A DNA stretch of 63,990 nucleotides, the filler included, from Octopus bimaculoides (lineage: Eukaryota): assembly GCF_001194135.2 (NCBI RefSeq). It is 4 parts of 4 records of this genome, joined end to end, with 100 filler letters (N's around TTAATTAATTAA, not from the genome) between each part and the next. Parts side by side here need not be neighbours in the genome. Positions count along the whole stretch, not along the records: positions 27,583 to 55,645 come from NC_068998.1; positions 55,746 to 61,756 come from NC_069010.1; positions 61,857 to 63,990 come from NW_026373494.1; 1 more part is not named here. One strand, 5' to 3'. Shown here piece by piece: positions 53,745-63,990 of the stretch. A model generated the notes under the pieces. The model was not told the DNA's origin, did not search any database, and was given only the letters and a program-made list of their open reading frames with translations. Position numbers and translations under genes: made by a program. Within the stretch, counting starts at the first letter, position 1; the number at the start of each line of letters is the position of its first letter.

Positions 53745-54110
53745 AGGCGGTGAGCAGCATGAATCGTTGGCATGCCGAGCAAAAGGTTTAACGGAATTTC
53801 GTCCGTCTCTGTATTCTGAATTCAAATTCCACGGAGGTCGACTTTGCCCTTCATCACTTCGAAGTCAATAAAATAAATACCAGTTGAATACCGAGGTCGA
53901 TGTAATCAATTTATCCGATCTTTCTGGCCTTGAGATCATTATTATATTTATACGTAACAAAATGCTTAACGGCGTTTCGTCTGTCTCTACATTCTGAGTT
54001 CAAATTCCGCCGAGGTCGACTTTGCCTTTCATCCTTTTGGGGTCGATAAAATAAGTACCAGTTGAGCACTGAAGTCGATGTAATAGACTAACTCTTCCCC
54101 TGAAATTTTA
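53745..54110 (+). mobile_element. Two tandem SINE family B copies
   Basis: aggcggtgagc..gaatcgtt head, then two ttcaaattcc.c.gaggtcgactttgcc.ttcatc..gtc.ataaaataa.taccagttga blocks. Confidence 0.85.
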
Positions 54111-54224
54111 GCGGATGCGGATTGTGCCCATCTCAGAAAGTATTATGTATGAATACATATAAATGCATACATTATAATGCATAAACGTATATTTGCACGT
54201 CTACTTTTTGATTATATCGTTTAT

Positions 54225-54453
54225 CGTTTACTTGTTTCAGTCATCGGACTACAGCCATACTAGGGCACCACCTTGAAGAATTTTTAGTCGAATGAGTCGA
54301 TCCAAAGAGTTTGTTTTCCTTTTTAAAACCTGATATTTATTCTATCGGTCTCGTTTGCCGCTAAGTTACGGGGACGTAAACAAACCAATCCCGGTTGTCA
54401 AGCGGCGGGGTGGAGACAGACACACAGACACATATATAGATACATACACACAT

Positions 54454-54509
<56 letters not shown>

Positions 54510-54670
54510 GCAACAGGATTTTTTCAGTTTCCATCTACCAAATCCACCCACAAGGCTTTGGTCGGCCCGAGGCTATAGTAGAAGACACTTGCCAAAAGCG
54601 TTACACAGTGGGACTGAAGCCGGAACCACGTAGCTGGGAAGCAAGCTTCTTACCACATAGCCACACATGC
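54225..54670 (-). mobile_element. SINE family A with expanded internal (CA)n/(TA)n
   Basis: Head and tail blocks flank a CA/TA tract at 54440-54510. Confidence 0.85.
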
Positions 54671-54806
54671 ACCTCTCTCTATATATATATACAATATTAT
54701 GTAATGTTTTATATGTTTATTATATATAATATATCTTTTATATTGTATATCCCACCATCGCCACAGTCGAATGATTGAAACAAATGAAAGGTAGAATGTA
54801 AGAGAA

Positions 54807-54890
<84 letters not shown>

Positions 54891-55645
54891 TTGGTTATTG
54901 GATGAAAGTGTAGAATTGTATGCGTGAGCATGCTTCGTTGACACTGGAAAAATCTATGATCCATTACAATATAAAATAACTGAGTATATATTTTGCTTAT
55001 GTTTCAAAATTAATGCTTAATCTGCTCAGTAATTAACCAATCATTCAATCTGAGTAGAAATGTTGATAACAAATATGTGTGCTGTTTTTCCCAACCCCGA
55101 TCTTATAGTAGGAAATGTCAGCCACAGAAGTAACACTACAATTCTCAGTCCACTGTTTTATTCAATGTCTTTCACCCCTCTCATGATCACATTTCTGATG
55201 ATATTCACTTGATATATGCTTCAATCAGTTTTGAAAGTAATCAACAAAACAGAGAGATTTAATAAAACAACTGAAGACTTTATTGTTAATCTTGTATTTC
55301 GTACATAAATTAATGAGCGCATCACTTGAAATTCTACTGGAAAGTTTCAGTTTGAATATAGACTCTTCAGATGAGAGGTTTATTATCACAGAACCGGAGG
55401 CTGTCTGATGCAAGCTGTTATCCTCGACGGGGTTTTAAGCAAAGCGTTTGACAAAGTTTGTCTTTGTCTTACAACAGTGCAGTAAATGTTGTCAAGTGCC
55501 TCTGAAGTAAGTGGTTGCTGTGTCTTATAGTATAAAACATGAAAGACATAAAACAAGAAATACCACTCATAGAATATGAATTACAGTATATGGAAAAAGA
55601 CAAACATGTCTGAATGGACTGGTTTCATGATATATGTATATATAT

Positions 55646-55744
55646 NNNNNNNNNNNNNNNNNNNNNNNNNNNNNNNNNNNNNNNNNNNNTTAATTAATTA
55701 ANNNNNNNNNNNNNNNNNNNNNNNNNNNNNNNNNNNNNNNNNNN
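55646..55744. other. Artificial scaffold linker N-TTAATTAATTAA-N
   Basis: Same ~100-bp construct as 27483-27582. Confidence 0.9.
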
Positions 55745-55764
55745 NCAGCTCGCTGCCCTAAGTT

Positions 55765-56095
55765 GTCATCATCATCATCATCATCATCGTTTAACGTCCG
55801 CTTTCCATGCTAGCATGGGTTGGACGATTTGACTGAGGACTGGTGAAACCAGATGGCTACACCAGGCTCCAATCTGATTTGGCAGAGTTTCTACAGCTGG
55901 ATGCCCTTCCTAACGCCAACCACTCAGAGAGTGTAGTGGGTGCTTTTACGTGTCACCCGCACGAAGGCCAGTCAGGCGGTACTGGCAACGGCCACGCTCA
56001 AAATGGTGCATTTCATGTGCCACCCGCACAAGAGCCAATCCAGGGGCACTGGCAACGATCTCGCTCAAAAATCCCATGAAGGCCAGCCAGGCGGT
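55765..56095 (-). mobile_element. Retroposon family D with (GAT)n tail and internal ~66-bp repeats
   Basis: Minus strand ggttggcgttaggaagggcatccagctgtagaaa..ccatgctagcatggaaagcggacgttaaacgatgatgat. Degenerate copies at 57430-57550 and 60665-60770. Confidence 0.75.
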
Positions 56096-56265
56096 CACCT
56101 TCGTATTAATACTGTCTTTGTCACTAATAAACATATAGACTTAGATGTGTGTGTGTGCTTACCGTTGTTATGTCACCTCAGACCATTGTCTTATCTGCTG
56201 TACTATGTCTTGTTTACAAGGATATGACCAACTGACCTGAATGTTATTTCTGTTTTGACTTGTAG

Positions 56266-56437
56266 ATGGAGAAGACCAGAACAGTTACCTCCATCCGCTG
56301 TTGAGCGTGAAACCTGGCAAAGCTGAGGCCCGCAAACCCATCAAACTTCCTGCTGTTGACATGCACAATACTGCTTATGGGGATCTCGTCCGATCCGTGA
56401 AGGCAGCCACGGCACGACATCAGAATGCTAAGAAGAG
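56266..56437 (+). CDS. SFSWAP: SFSWAP-like internal exon a (phase 1 to 2)
   Basis: ttttgacttgtag acceptor and GTAAGC donor; DGEDQNSYLHPLLS..AYGDLVRSVK matches the acidic ..YLHPSL.. segment that follows SURP1 in SWAP proteins. Confidence 0.85.
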
Positions 56438-56740
56438 GTAAGCCATTTATGTGTGTGTGTGTGTGTGTGTGAGAGTAACATTCCAGGGTACCCCACCCAC
56501 ATTAAACAACAGCAAACTATTGTTATTCTTTTAAAGTCTTATTTCTCCCTCACTCCCTCCTTCTCTCTCTTCTCTCATGCACAGCATGTTTAGACACTGA
56601 TGATCTGTCATCGAACATTGGTCATGTCATAGGTGCAGGTGTAGCTGTGTATCTAAGATGTTTGTTTCCCAACCACATGGAATATTTTGTGTGTGTGTGT
56701 GTATGTTTGTCTTGACACTATGTGATAATTGTAAACGAGC

Positions 56741-57345
56741 AGGCGCAGGAGTGGCTGTGTGGTAAGTAGCTTGCTTACCAACCACATGGTTCCGAGTTCA
56801 GTCCCACTGCCTGGCAAGTGTCTTCTACTATAGCCTCGGGCCGACCAAAGCCTTGTGAGTGGATTCGGTAGACGGAAACTGAAAAGAAGCCCGTCGTATA
56901 TATGTATATATATGTGTGTGTATGTTGTGTATCTGTGTTTGTCCCCCCAATATCGCTTGACAACCGATGCTGGTGTGTCTATGTCCCCGTAACTTAGCTG
57001 TTCGGCAAAAAGAGACCGATAGAATAAGTANNNNNNNNNNGCCTCGGGCCGACCAAAGCCTTGTGAGTGGATTCGGTAGACGGAAACTGAAAAGAAGCCC
57101 GTCGTATATATGTATATATATGTGTGTGTATGTTGTGTATCTGTGTTTGTCCCCCCAATATCGCTTGACAACCGATGCTGGTGTGTCTATGTCCCCGTAA
57201 CTTAGCTGTTCGGCAAAAAGAGACCGATAGAATAAGTACCAGGCTTACAAAGAATATGTCCTGGGGTCGATTTGATTCGACTAAAGGCGGTGCTCCAGCA
57301 TCGCCGCAGTCAAATGACTGAAACTAGTAAAAGAGTAAAAAAGAG
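56741..57345 (+). mobile_element. SINE family A in SFSWAP intron (contains a duplicated stretch across a 10-N gap)
   Basis: Head aggcgcaggagtggctgtgtggtaag through tail gactgaaactagtaaaagag. Confidence 0.9.
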
Positions 57346-57699
57346 CGTCACTATCGTACAAGCAGTGTCATTTGTTTTCAGTGTTTTGTGAGAATATGTC
57401 TTCTGGCGAAGAGGGGGGAATATTACTTTTGCTTGGGGGCAGGTGAGGGTTAGCGACAGGAAGGGTGCCCAGCCATAGAAAACTCTGCCTCAATAAACTC
57501 ATCTGACCCATGCAAGCATAGAGAAGTAGATGTTGAAATGATGATAATAATGTTGATACAAGAGTAACAACATCATTATATGTGTGTGTGTGTGTAGAAA
57601 TGCACGTGCATACATTGTTAATATGGTGTCAAGTCCCCCCCCCTCCCATTTACTTTGCTCTTTGTGTATGTGTGCCTCATTCTTTCTTCTTCTCCACAG

Positions 57700-57912
57700 T
57701 AAATCCAAAGATGCTGACACATCTGACCAGAAACCAACGGTGTCACCATTCTTGTCTGAACCGATCTACCCGAACAATGTACCACCTCCACCTGGAGTCG
57801 AACCGGTTACCCTACCCCCTGCTAATCAACCTGAACCCCCGGGCACTGATGCCAGTCACACGTCTGGCCCTTCTGCTGAAACCACTGAACAAGCAGAAAG
57901 TACAGCGTACGG
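57700..57912 (+). CDS. SFSWAP: SFSWAP-like internal exon b, Pro-rich linker (phase 2 to 2, 213 nt)
   Basis: tctttcttcttctccacag acceptor and GTAAGT donor; in frame with both neighbours; contains PPPPGVEP, like the PPPPGID stretch of SWAP. Confidence 0.85.
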
Positions 57913-58244
57913 GTAAGTGGTTTTTCGTTTTATTTATATATTTATTAGATCAGTCCAGCTGCGGCAATGACTCTTCTATAGTTTCACAAAGGATATTGTA
58001 TAAGTGCAGGTATGGCTGTGTGGTGAAGAAATTTGCTTCCAAAACATGGTTTTTGGGTTCGGTTCCACTGCATGGCAATTTGGGCATCTTCTACTATTGC
58101 TCCAGACTGACCAAGTGGATTTGGTGGATGGAAACTGGAAAAAAACCTGTTCTGTTGATTGGATCAACTGGAGCACTTGTAACGGACGGTGTCTGCAGCA
58201 GTGGTAGTATATTATTTACATATGAAAAAAGTGTATATAAATAC

Positions 58245-58625
58245 ACTTTTACTTGTTTCAGTCTTTTGACTGTGGCCATGCTGGAGCACCACCTTTAGTT
58301 GAGCAAATCGACCCCAGGACTTATTCTTTAGAAGCCTAGTACTTATTCTATCGGTTTCTCTTTTGCCGAACCGCTAAGTTACGGGGACATAAACACACCA
58401 GCATCAGTTGTCAAGCGATGTTGGGGGGACAAACACAGACACACAAACACATACATATACATATATACGACAGGCTTCTTTCAGTTTCCGTCTACCAAAT
58501 CCACTCACAAGGCTTTGGTCGGCCTGAGGCTATAGTAGAAGACACTTGCCCAAAGTGCCACGCAGTGGGACTGAACCCGGGACCATGTGCTTGGTAAGCA
58601 AGCTACTTACCACACAGCCACTCCT
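58245..58625 (-). mobile_element. SINE family A in SFSWAP intron, antisense
   Basis: Near-consensus full-length reverse copy; a plus-strand head fragment lies at 58005-58140. Confidence 0.9.
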
Positions 58626-58923
58626 ATATATATTGTTTGTATGTGAAATGTGCATGTAAATATATATACGTTAAGGATGTGCTTGTCTGTTGAGTACTCA
58701 ACCACTTGCACGTTAATTTGAAGAGCAAGCACTTCTGTTGATCAGATCAACTGGAACCCTTATTGTCATTACTGGCAGAATGCCAGTTAAGGGCTACTGT
58801 AAAACATATATTGATAGTGAAGTGTGTATATTGTGTATAGCGCTACTGTAGAATGTATACAGTGAGGTGTGTATAAGTAATTGTTCTGCTGATGGTATTA
58901 TTATTATTTTTTTTTTCTTTCAG

Positions 58924-59128
58924 TGACAATGGTTCGCCAAAGGGCCACATTATACCCCCGCCACCTGATGTCCAACCTGTTATCGACAAGATGGCCCTCT
59001 ACGTAGCCAAAAATGGCATTGAGTTTGAAATAGTGGTGAAGAACAAATGCGACCCTCGATTTGAATTCCTCATGGAGGATCACCTCCACTACTCTTACTA
59101 TGAATTTAAAAAGAACTTACATATGAAG
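58924..59128 (+). CDS. SFSWAP: SFSWAP-like exon c encoding the second SURP/SWAP domain (phase 2 to 0)
   Basis: [40 protein letters not shown] is very close to SFSWAP SURP2 as I recall it ([34 protein letters not shown]); poly-T acceptor and GTTTGT donor. Confidence 0.95.
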
Positions 59129-59808
59129 GTTTGTTAGTTGTTTTCATTGAGGCCCCTGGATGTTGGGGTGGTAGTGCAACCCTCAAATACACTCATTTAG
59201 TTCTAGGTTCAGCCCCTATTGCGTGGCACTTCAAGACAGTGTCTCCACTTGTAGTGGCCTTGGGGTAGTGAGATTTGGTTGATGGAAATTGTGTTAAAGC
59301 CTACAGTATGTGTATGGAGCCAGTGAATGGTTTAGAACTCACTTTGCAGTTACAAGGCTTTGGGTTCAATCCTACTGTGGTACATCGAGCAAAATCATTT
59401 TTCTCTATGGTCTCTGGGCAATGCAGGATTGAACCTGTAATTCAGAGATGTAACCCTGTCACATACTGTATCATGCTTAATTTCAGCTGAGAGTTATGTT
59501 AACAGTACATGTGTTTGTGGAATACTCTGCCATTTTTATTGGTAGCTAGTTGAGCTGATCAAATATCTGGAAATTTATGGTCAGAAATTCTGGCGAAGAT
59601 CCATTATTAGTAATATTAGGTACTTATCTGTTGTATTACTGCCAGTAAAACTATTGTGTGTGTGTGAAAAAGTTGAATTATATTTTGTCCTTTTATTTTG
59701 GAGGGTTCCAAAAGACGATTTCTAATAAAGATTCTTCATATTTTGCTGGTAGCTTACTGGCATAAGTTTGAGAATATGAAAATAATACTTGTATATGGTG
59801 TGTTATTT

Positions 59809-59950
59809 GAATTTCTGGAAAGGTATCCCATAGAACTCAACAAATTTGTTAAAATTTGAAAGAATTTAAAATTCTTTCAAAATTTAACATCTTCTCTTCT
59901 CCATTTCTAACAAATTTGTTGAGTTCTATGGGATACCTTTCCAGAAATTC
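59809..59950. repeat. Perfect 43-bp inverted repeat enclosing a 13-bp inner palindrome
   Basis: 59809-59851 is the exact reverse complement of 59908-59950; 59855-59867 pairs with 59869-59881. Confidence 0.9.
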
Positions 59951-60315
59951 NNNNNNNNNNAAATGGACGCGTAGCGTTTGCTATCTGTTCATTCTGTTGT
60001 CCGTAAAAAAAATCTGTTTTTTGTGCTTTGTTTATGTTCCCGTTCCTTTTTTGTCCATGTTTTTTGACGTCCTGTACCCGGATATGCATCTATATATATA
60101 CATGTAGATGTAGGTATGTACATATATGTATGTATAAATGCATATGCGCATATATCATTTGTATTATACATATATATATATATATATATATACATACTCA
60201 TATACACACACACATATATACAGACATATACATACATACATACATATATACACACACGCACACACCTGTGTGCATGCACCAGTCAGACCAGCTGATGTGT
60301 GGTTTTCTAAAACAG

Positions 60316-60475
60316 GAATTTGAGCAAGAGAAATCGAAATCTGAAGAACAGAAGGCCTCCCAAAATAAAGGGGTCAGTTTCTCAATAAAGACCAAGACGA
60401 AGGAACAGGAGAGTGTGTCATTTGAGAAACGACCGGTGTTTAGCTACGAGAGTAGCGAAGAAGGGAGTGAAGTGG
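60316..60475 (+). CDS. SFSWAP: SFSWAP-like internal exon d (phase 0 to 1)
   Basis: ttttctaaaacag acceptor and GTAAGT donor; VSFSIKTK..FEKRPVFSYESSEE corresponds to ISFAIKAK..LEK....DDSDDD in SFSWAP. Confidence 0.9.
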
Positions 60476-61232
60476 GTAAGTAAGGTCCTTGTTTAACCCT
60501 TCAGCATTTAAACTGGCCATATCCGGCCTAAATAGTCTACTTGTCTTATGCTCAAATTAGCCAGATCCAGCCTCTCACACCTACCCTTTTACAAACTCTT
60601 AAAGGACAGTATACATTTTAATATTTTTTAATATTTTAATTAATGTTACCTTGCTTGGAAATAGGTAGTGTTAGTGACAGGAAGAGCATCCATCTGGCGT
60701 TAGAAAATCTGCCTCGATGAATTTTGCCCAACCAATGCCAGCATAGAAGATTTGGCATTAACTGATGGTGAAAGAGAGAGTAGTTGGAGGTGTGGTTTAG
60801 TCCCAAGACATTCCTTTCTCCAATGGGTGTATTATGATCAGAGCCATTCCAGCCATGACTGTCTTGTCTTTTATTATTTCATGGACAGCATTGTCCCATA
60901 CATCTTTAAGACGGTTGCCAGTGATTTGTTTGTTCTTTCTTGCGGGTCAAAGAACCTAGGCTTTTCTCGTAGGTTTCTGCAGAAAATAGTGTTTATTGTC
61001 GCAGGACCCAGAGACTTTTAAATGTTTCTTTCCTTCCTTCCTTCCTTCCTTCCTTCCTTCCTTCCTTCCTTCCTTTCTTTCTTTATCATCATCATCTTCT
61101 TTCCCTCTTCCTCCTCCCTTTTCTCTTTCCCTCTTTTCTTCTCCCTTCTTCTATTGGACACCCGTCCATCCTCGCCACACGCTGTTATCCACCCCTATCC
61201 ATATGCTCATCCCTGCTTTCTTCTCCCATCAG

Positions 61233-61373
61233 ATGAGTTGAAGCCAACCCAGTCCAGCAGCCCCATTGTAGAAATGGTCGAGAATCAGGTGAAGAAGGTG
61301 GAGGCCAAAATGGTGGCAGAGGAGAAAGTGGAGGGACGAGAATCCAATCATGACAGCATGAGCAGGAAAATGG
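61233..61373 (+). CDS. SFSWAP: SFSWAP-like internal exon e (phase 1 to 1)
   Basis: ctttcttctcccatcag acceptor and GTGAGT donor; in frame with exon d (DELKPTQSSSPIVEMVENQVKKVEAK..). Confidence 0.75.
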
Positions 61374-61399
61374 GTGAGTTCTCCCCTTATTGTTTTGTT

Positions 61400-61705
61400 T
61401 GTATTGATAAATTAAGTACCAGTTACGTACTGGGGGTCGATGTAATCGACTTAATCCCTTTGTCTGTCCTTGTTTGTTCCCTCTATGTTTAGCCCCTTGT
61501 GGGCAATAAAGAAATTAGAAACGGGCGAAATGCTTAGCGGTATTTCGTCTGCCGTTACATTCTGAGTTCAAATTCCACCGAGGTCGACTTTGCATTTCAT
61601 CCTTTCGAGGTCGATAAATTAAGTACCAGTTGCATACCGGGGTCAATCTAATCGACTGGCTCCCTCCCCCAAAATTTTGTGCCTTGGGCCTAGAGTAGAA
61701 AAGAA
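61400..61705 (+). mobile_element. SINE family B: 3' fragment plus adjacent near-complete copy
   Basis: gataaattaagtaccagtt..ggggtc appears twice; the second copy has gggcgaaatgcttagcgg..gagttcaaattccaccgaggtcgactttgc. Confidence 0.85.
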
Positions 61706-61756
61706 TCTGGTCGGATCCAACCAGTCACACATATCCTACAATGTCTTATTCTAGAT

Positions 61757-61856
61757 NNNNNNNNNNNNNNNNNNNNNNNNNNNNNNNNNNNNNNNNNNNN
61801 TTAATTAATTAANNNNNNNNNNNNNNNNNNNNNNNNNNNNNNNNNNNNNNNNNNNN
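61757..61856. other. Artificial scaffold linker 44N-TTAATTAATTAA-44N
   Basis: Same 100-bp construct. Confidence 0.9.
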
Positions 61857-61898
<42 letters not shown>

Positions 61899-61904
61899 CA
61901 CACA

Positions 61905-62010
61905 CACAACGGGCTTCTTTCAGTTTCCGTCTACCAAATCCACTCACAAGGCTTTGGTCAACCTGAGGCTATAGTAGAAGTCACTTGCCCAAGGTGCCAT
62001 GCAGTGGGAC
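61905..62010 (-). mobile_element. SINE family A, 5' half
   Basis: gggcttctttcagtttccgtctaccaaatccactcacaaggctttggtc..gctatagtagaag..gcagtgggactgaa. Confidence 0.8.
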
Positions 62011-62341
62011 TGAAACCAATTCACTACCAAGCACAGCTCTGTGCGCCTTGGGTATGTGCTGTGGTTTGCTGTGGTGCTCTTATGTTTACTGTATTGAAAG
62101 TGTTTTGCGTAGGATGTGTGCAGTGCCCAGTAGTGCAATTTTCTGTATGTTATATATATTTGTAAGTCCTGGTGTTTTTGTTATGTATTTGTCTAGAGGC
62201 CATGGTTGAATGCAATGGTGATAAATTTACTCTTTAGTATTTCAAGATATTTTTATGCAATTTTGGTAAATATATCAGTTGAAATGAGATGTCAGTCTTA
62301 TTTTCATTTCTGCATAATCTAGACAACAGTTTATTCACCGC

Positions 62342-62374
<33 letters not shown>

Positions 62375-63282
62375 NNNNNNNNNNNNNNNNNNNNNNNNNN
62401 NNNNNNNNNNNNNNNNNNNNNNNNNNNNNNNNNNNNNNNNNNNNNNNNNNNNNNNNNNNNNNNNNNNNNNNNNNNNNNNNNNNNNNNNNNNNNNNNNNNN
62501 NNNNNNNNNNNNNNNNNNNNNNNNNNNNNNNNNNNNNNNNNNNNNNNNNNNNNNNNNNNNNNNNNNNNNNNNNNNNNNNNNNNNNNNNNNNNNNNNNNNN
62601 NNNNNNNNNNNNNNNNNNNNNNNNNNNNNNNNNNNNNNNNNNNNNNNNNNNNNNNNNNNNNNNNNNNNNNNNNNNNNNNNNNNNNNNNNNNNNNNNNNNN
62701 NNNNNNNNNNNNNNNNNNNNNNNNNNNNNNNNNNNNNNNNNNNNNNNNNNNNNNNNNNNNNNNNNNNNNNNNNNNNNNNNNNNNNNNNNNNNNNNNNNNN
62801 NNNNNNNNNNNNNNNNNNNNNNNNNNNNNNNNNNNNNNNNNNNNNNNNNNNNNNNNNNNNNNNNNNNNNNNNNNNNNNNNNNNNNNNNNNNNNNNNNNNN
62901 NNNNNNNNNNNNNNNNNNNNNNNNNNNNNNNNNNNNNNNNNNNNNNNNNNNNNNNNNNNNNNNNNNNNNNNNNNNNNNNNNNNNNNNNNNNNNNNNNNNN
63001 NNNNNNNNNNNNNNNNNNNNNNNNNNNNNNNNNNNNNNNNNNNNNNNNNNNNNNNNNNNNNNNNNNNNNNNNNNNNNNNNNNNNNNNNNNNNNNNNNNNN
63101 NNNNNNNNNNNNNNNNNNNNNNNNNNNNNNNNNNNNNNNNNNNNNNNNNNNNNNNNNNNNNNNNNNNNNNNNNNNNNNNNNNNNNNNNNNNNNNNNNNNN
63201 NNNNNNNNNNNNNNNNNNNNNNNNNNNNNNNNNNNNNNNNNNNNNNNNNNNNNNNNNNNNNNNNNNNNNNNNNAATACAAAG

Positions 63283-63520
63283 AATATATATACATGTATA
63301 CACACATATATGTACATACTTACATCTACATGTGTATATATATGCATATCAGGGTACAGGACGTTAGAACAATGAACTACAGACAACGGAACGAACACAT
63401 AGGAAAACGGAAAGCCACTTGGAATATCCATTCATCAGCTGTCTCTATTCTAACCTGACGTTTCGAAGATAAGACAGAACGTACTCTAGAATAGTCTCTT
63501 CCTGAGTAGTGGATCAACCC
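63283..63520 (-). mobile_element. Dispersed repeat with hammerhead-like remnant (probably Penelope-associated)
   Basis: Minus strand CTCAGGAAGAG...TCTTCGAAACGTC; homologous to 5520-5705 and, inverted, to 60020-60130. Confidence 0.5.
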
Positions 63521-63990
63521 ACTACACAGAGGATTCCAAGGTGGCAAACACAAACCAAGACAGGAAAAATTGGACAGTGAAAACAACATATGTGTTTATA
63601 CATGTATATATATTCTTTGTATTATTACATTATTGAACGCACACGTCCTTTTTTGCAAGTATATATATATACACACACACACACATATATATACATAAAT
63701 ACATAATCTTTTATTCTTTAATGCATTTTAGCCAAAAGGCTGTATTCATACTGGGGCACTGCCATCAAAATATTGAAGCCTTCCTAGTGGGGAATTGAAC
63801 CCCAATCTCCCATGTAACCAGCAGGAATACTTACGGTGTGACTGAACCAGGAACCATTTGGTTGCTGGTTGCGATGAAAACTTCTTATCACACAGCCATG
63901 CCTGTGCGTGTGTGTGTGTGTGTGTTCTATGTGTGTATACACACACACACACATATATATATTTATGTGTATACACATATATACACACAT

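Noticed and set aside
56833-57238. 198-bp exact tandem duplication inside a SINE
   Set aside because: The two copies abut a 10-N gap, which is typical of an unmerged contig overlap.
60492-60590. TTAA-CCCTT piggyBac-like terminus
   Set aside because: I found no matching second TIR or transposase sequence.
285-63990. Most ORFs in the supplied track (poly-YI, HT, CV, LS, I, E, K and X runs)
   Set aside because: They are translations of microsatellites and N gaps, not genes.
1-63990. CRISPR arrays, rRNA genes, prokaryotic operons or defence systems
   Set aside because: There is no repeat-spacer periodicity, rRNA-like sequence or dense intronless ORFs; the repeats are dispersed SINEs and microsatellites.

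Overview
AT-rich, microsatellite-dense, gap-rich eukaryotic genomic DNA. The SINE families and microsatellite load suggest an octopus draft assembly (inference). The only protein-coding gene I can support firmly is five in-phase internal exons (56266-61373, + strand) of an SFSWAP / suppressor-of-white-apricot splicing regulator, including the second SURP domain. These exons sit between two artificial ~100-bp N-TTAATTAATTAA-N scaffold linkers, and I found no 5' or 3' exons of the gene in the window. The rest is mostly decayed mobile DNA: several mariner and Tc1/maT fragments, two L1/Tx1-type LINE fragments, two R4/Dong-type LINE pieces beside a (TAA)n tract, Penelope-like remnants with degenerate hammerhead motifs, a hAT MITE, a probable Helitron 3' end, and many copies of at least four SINE-like families. 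Weaker candidate exons lie at 3.2 kb and 12-17.5 kb on both strands. There is no CRISPR, rRNA or intact tRNA. Most ORFs in the supplied track are microsatellite or N-gap artefacts. I found no convincing new biological system; the best leads concern RNA structure around the SFSWAP exons and the retroelement biology.
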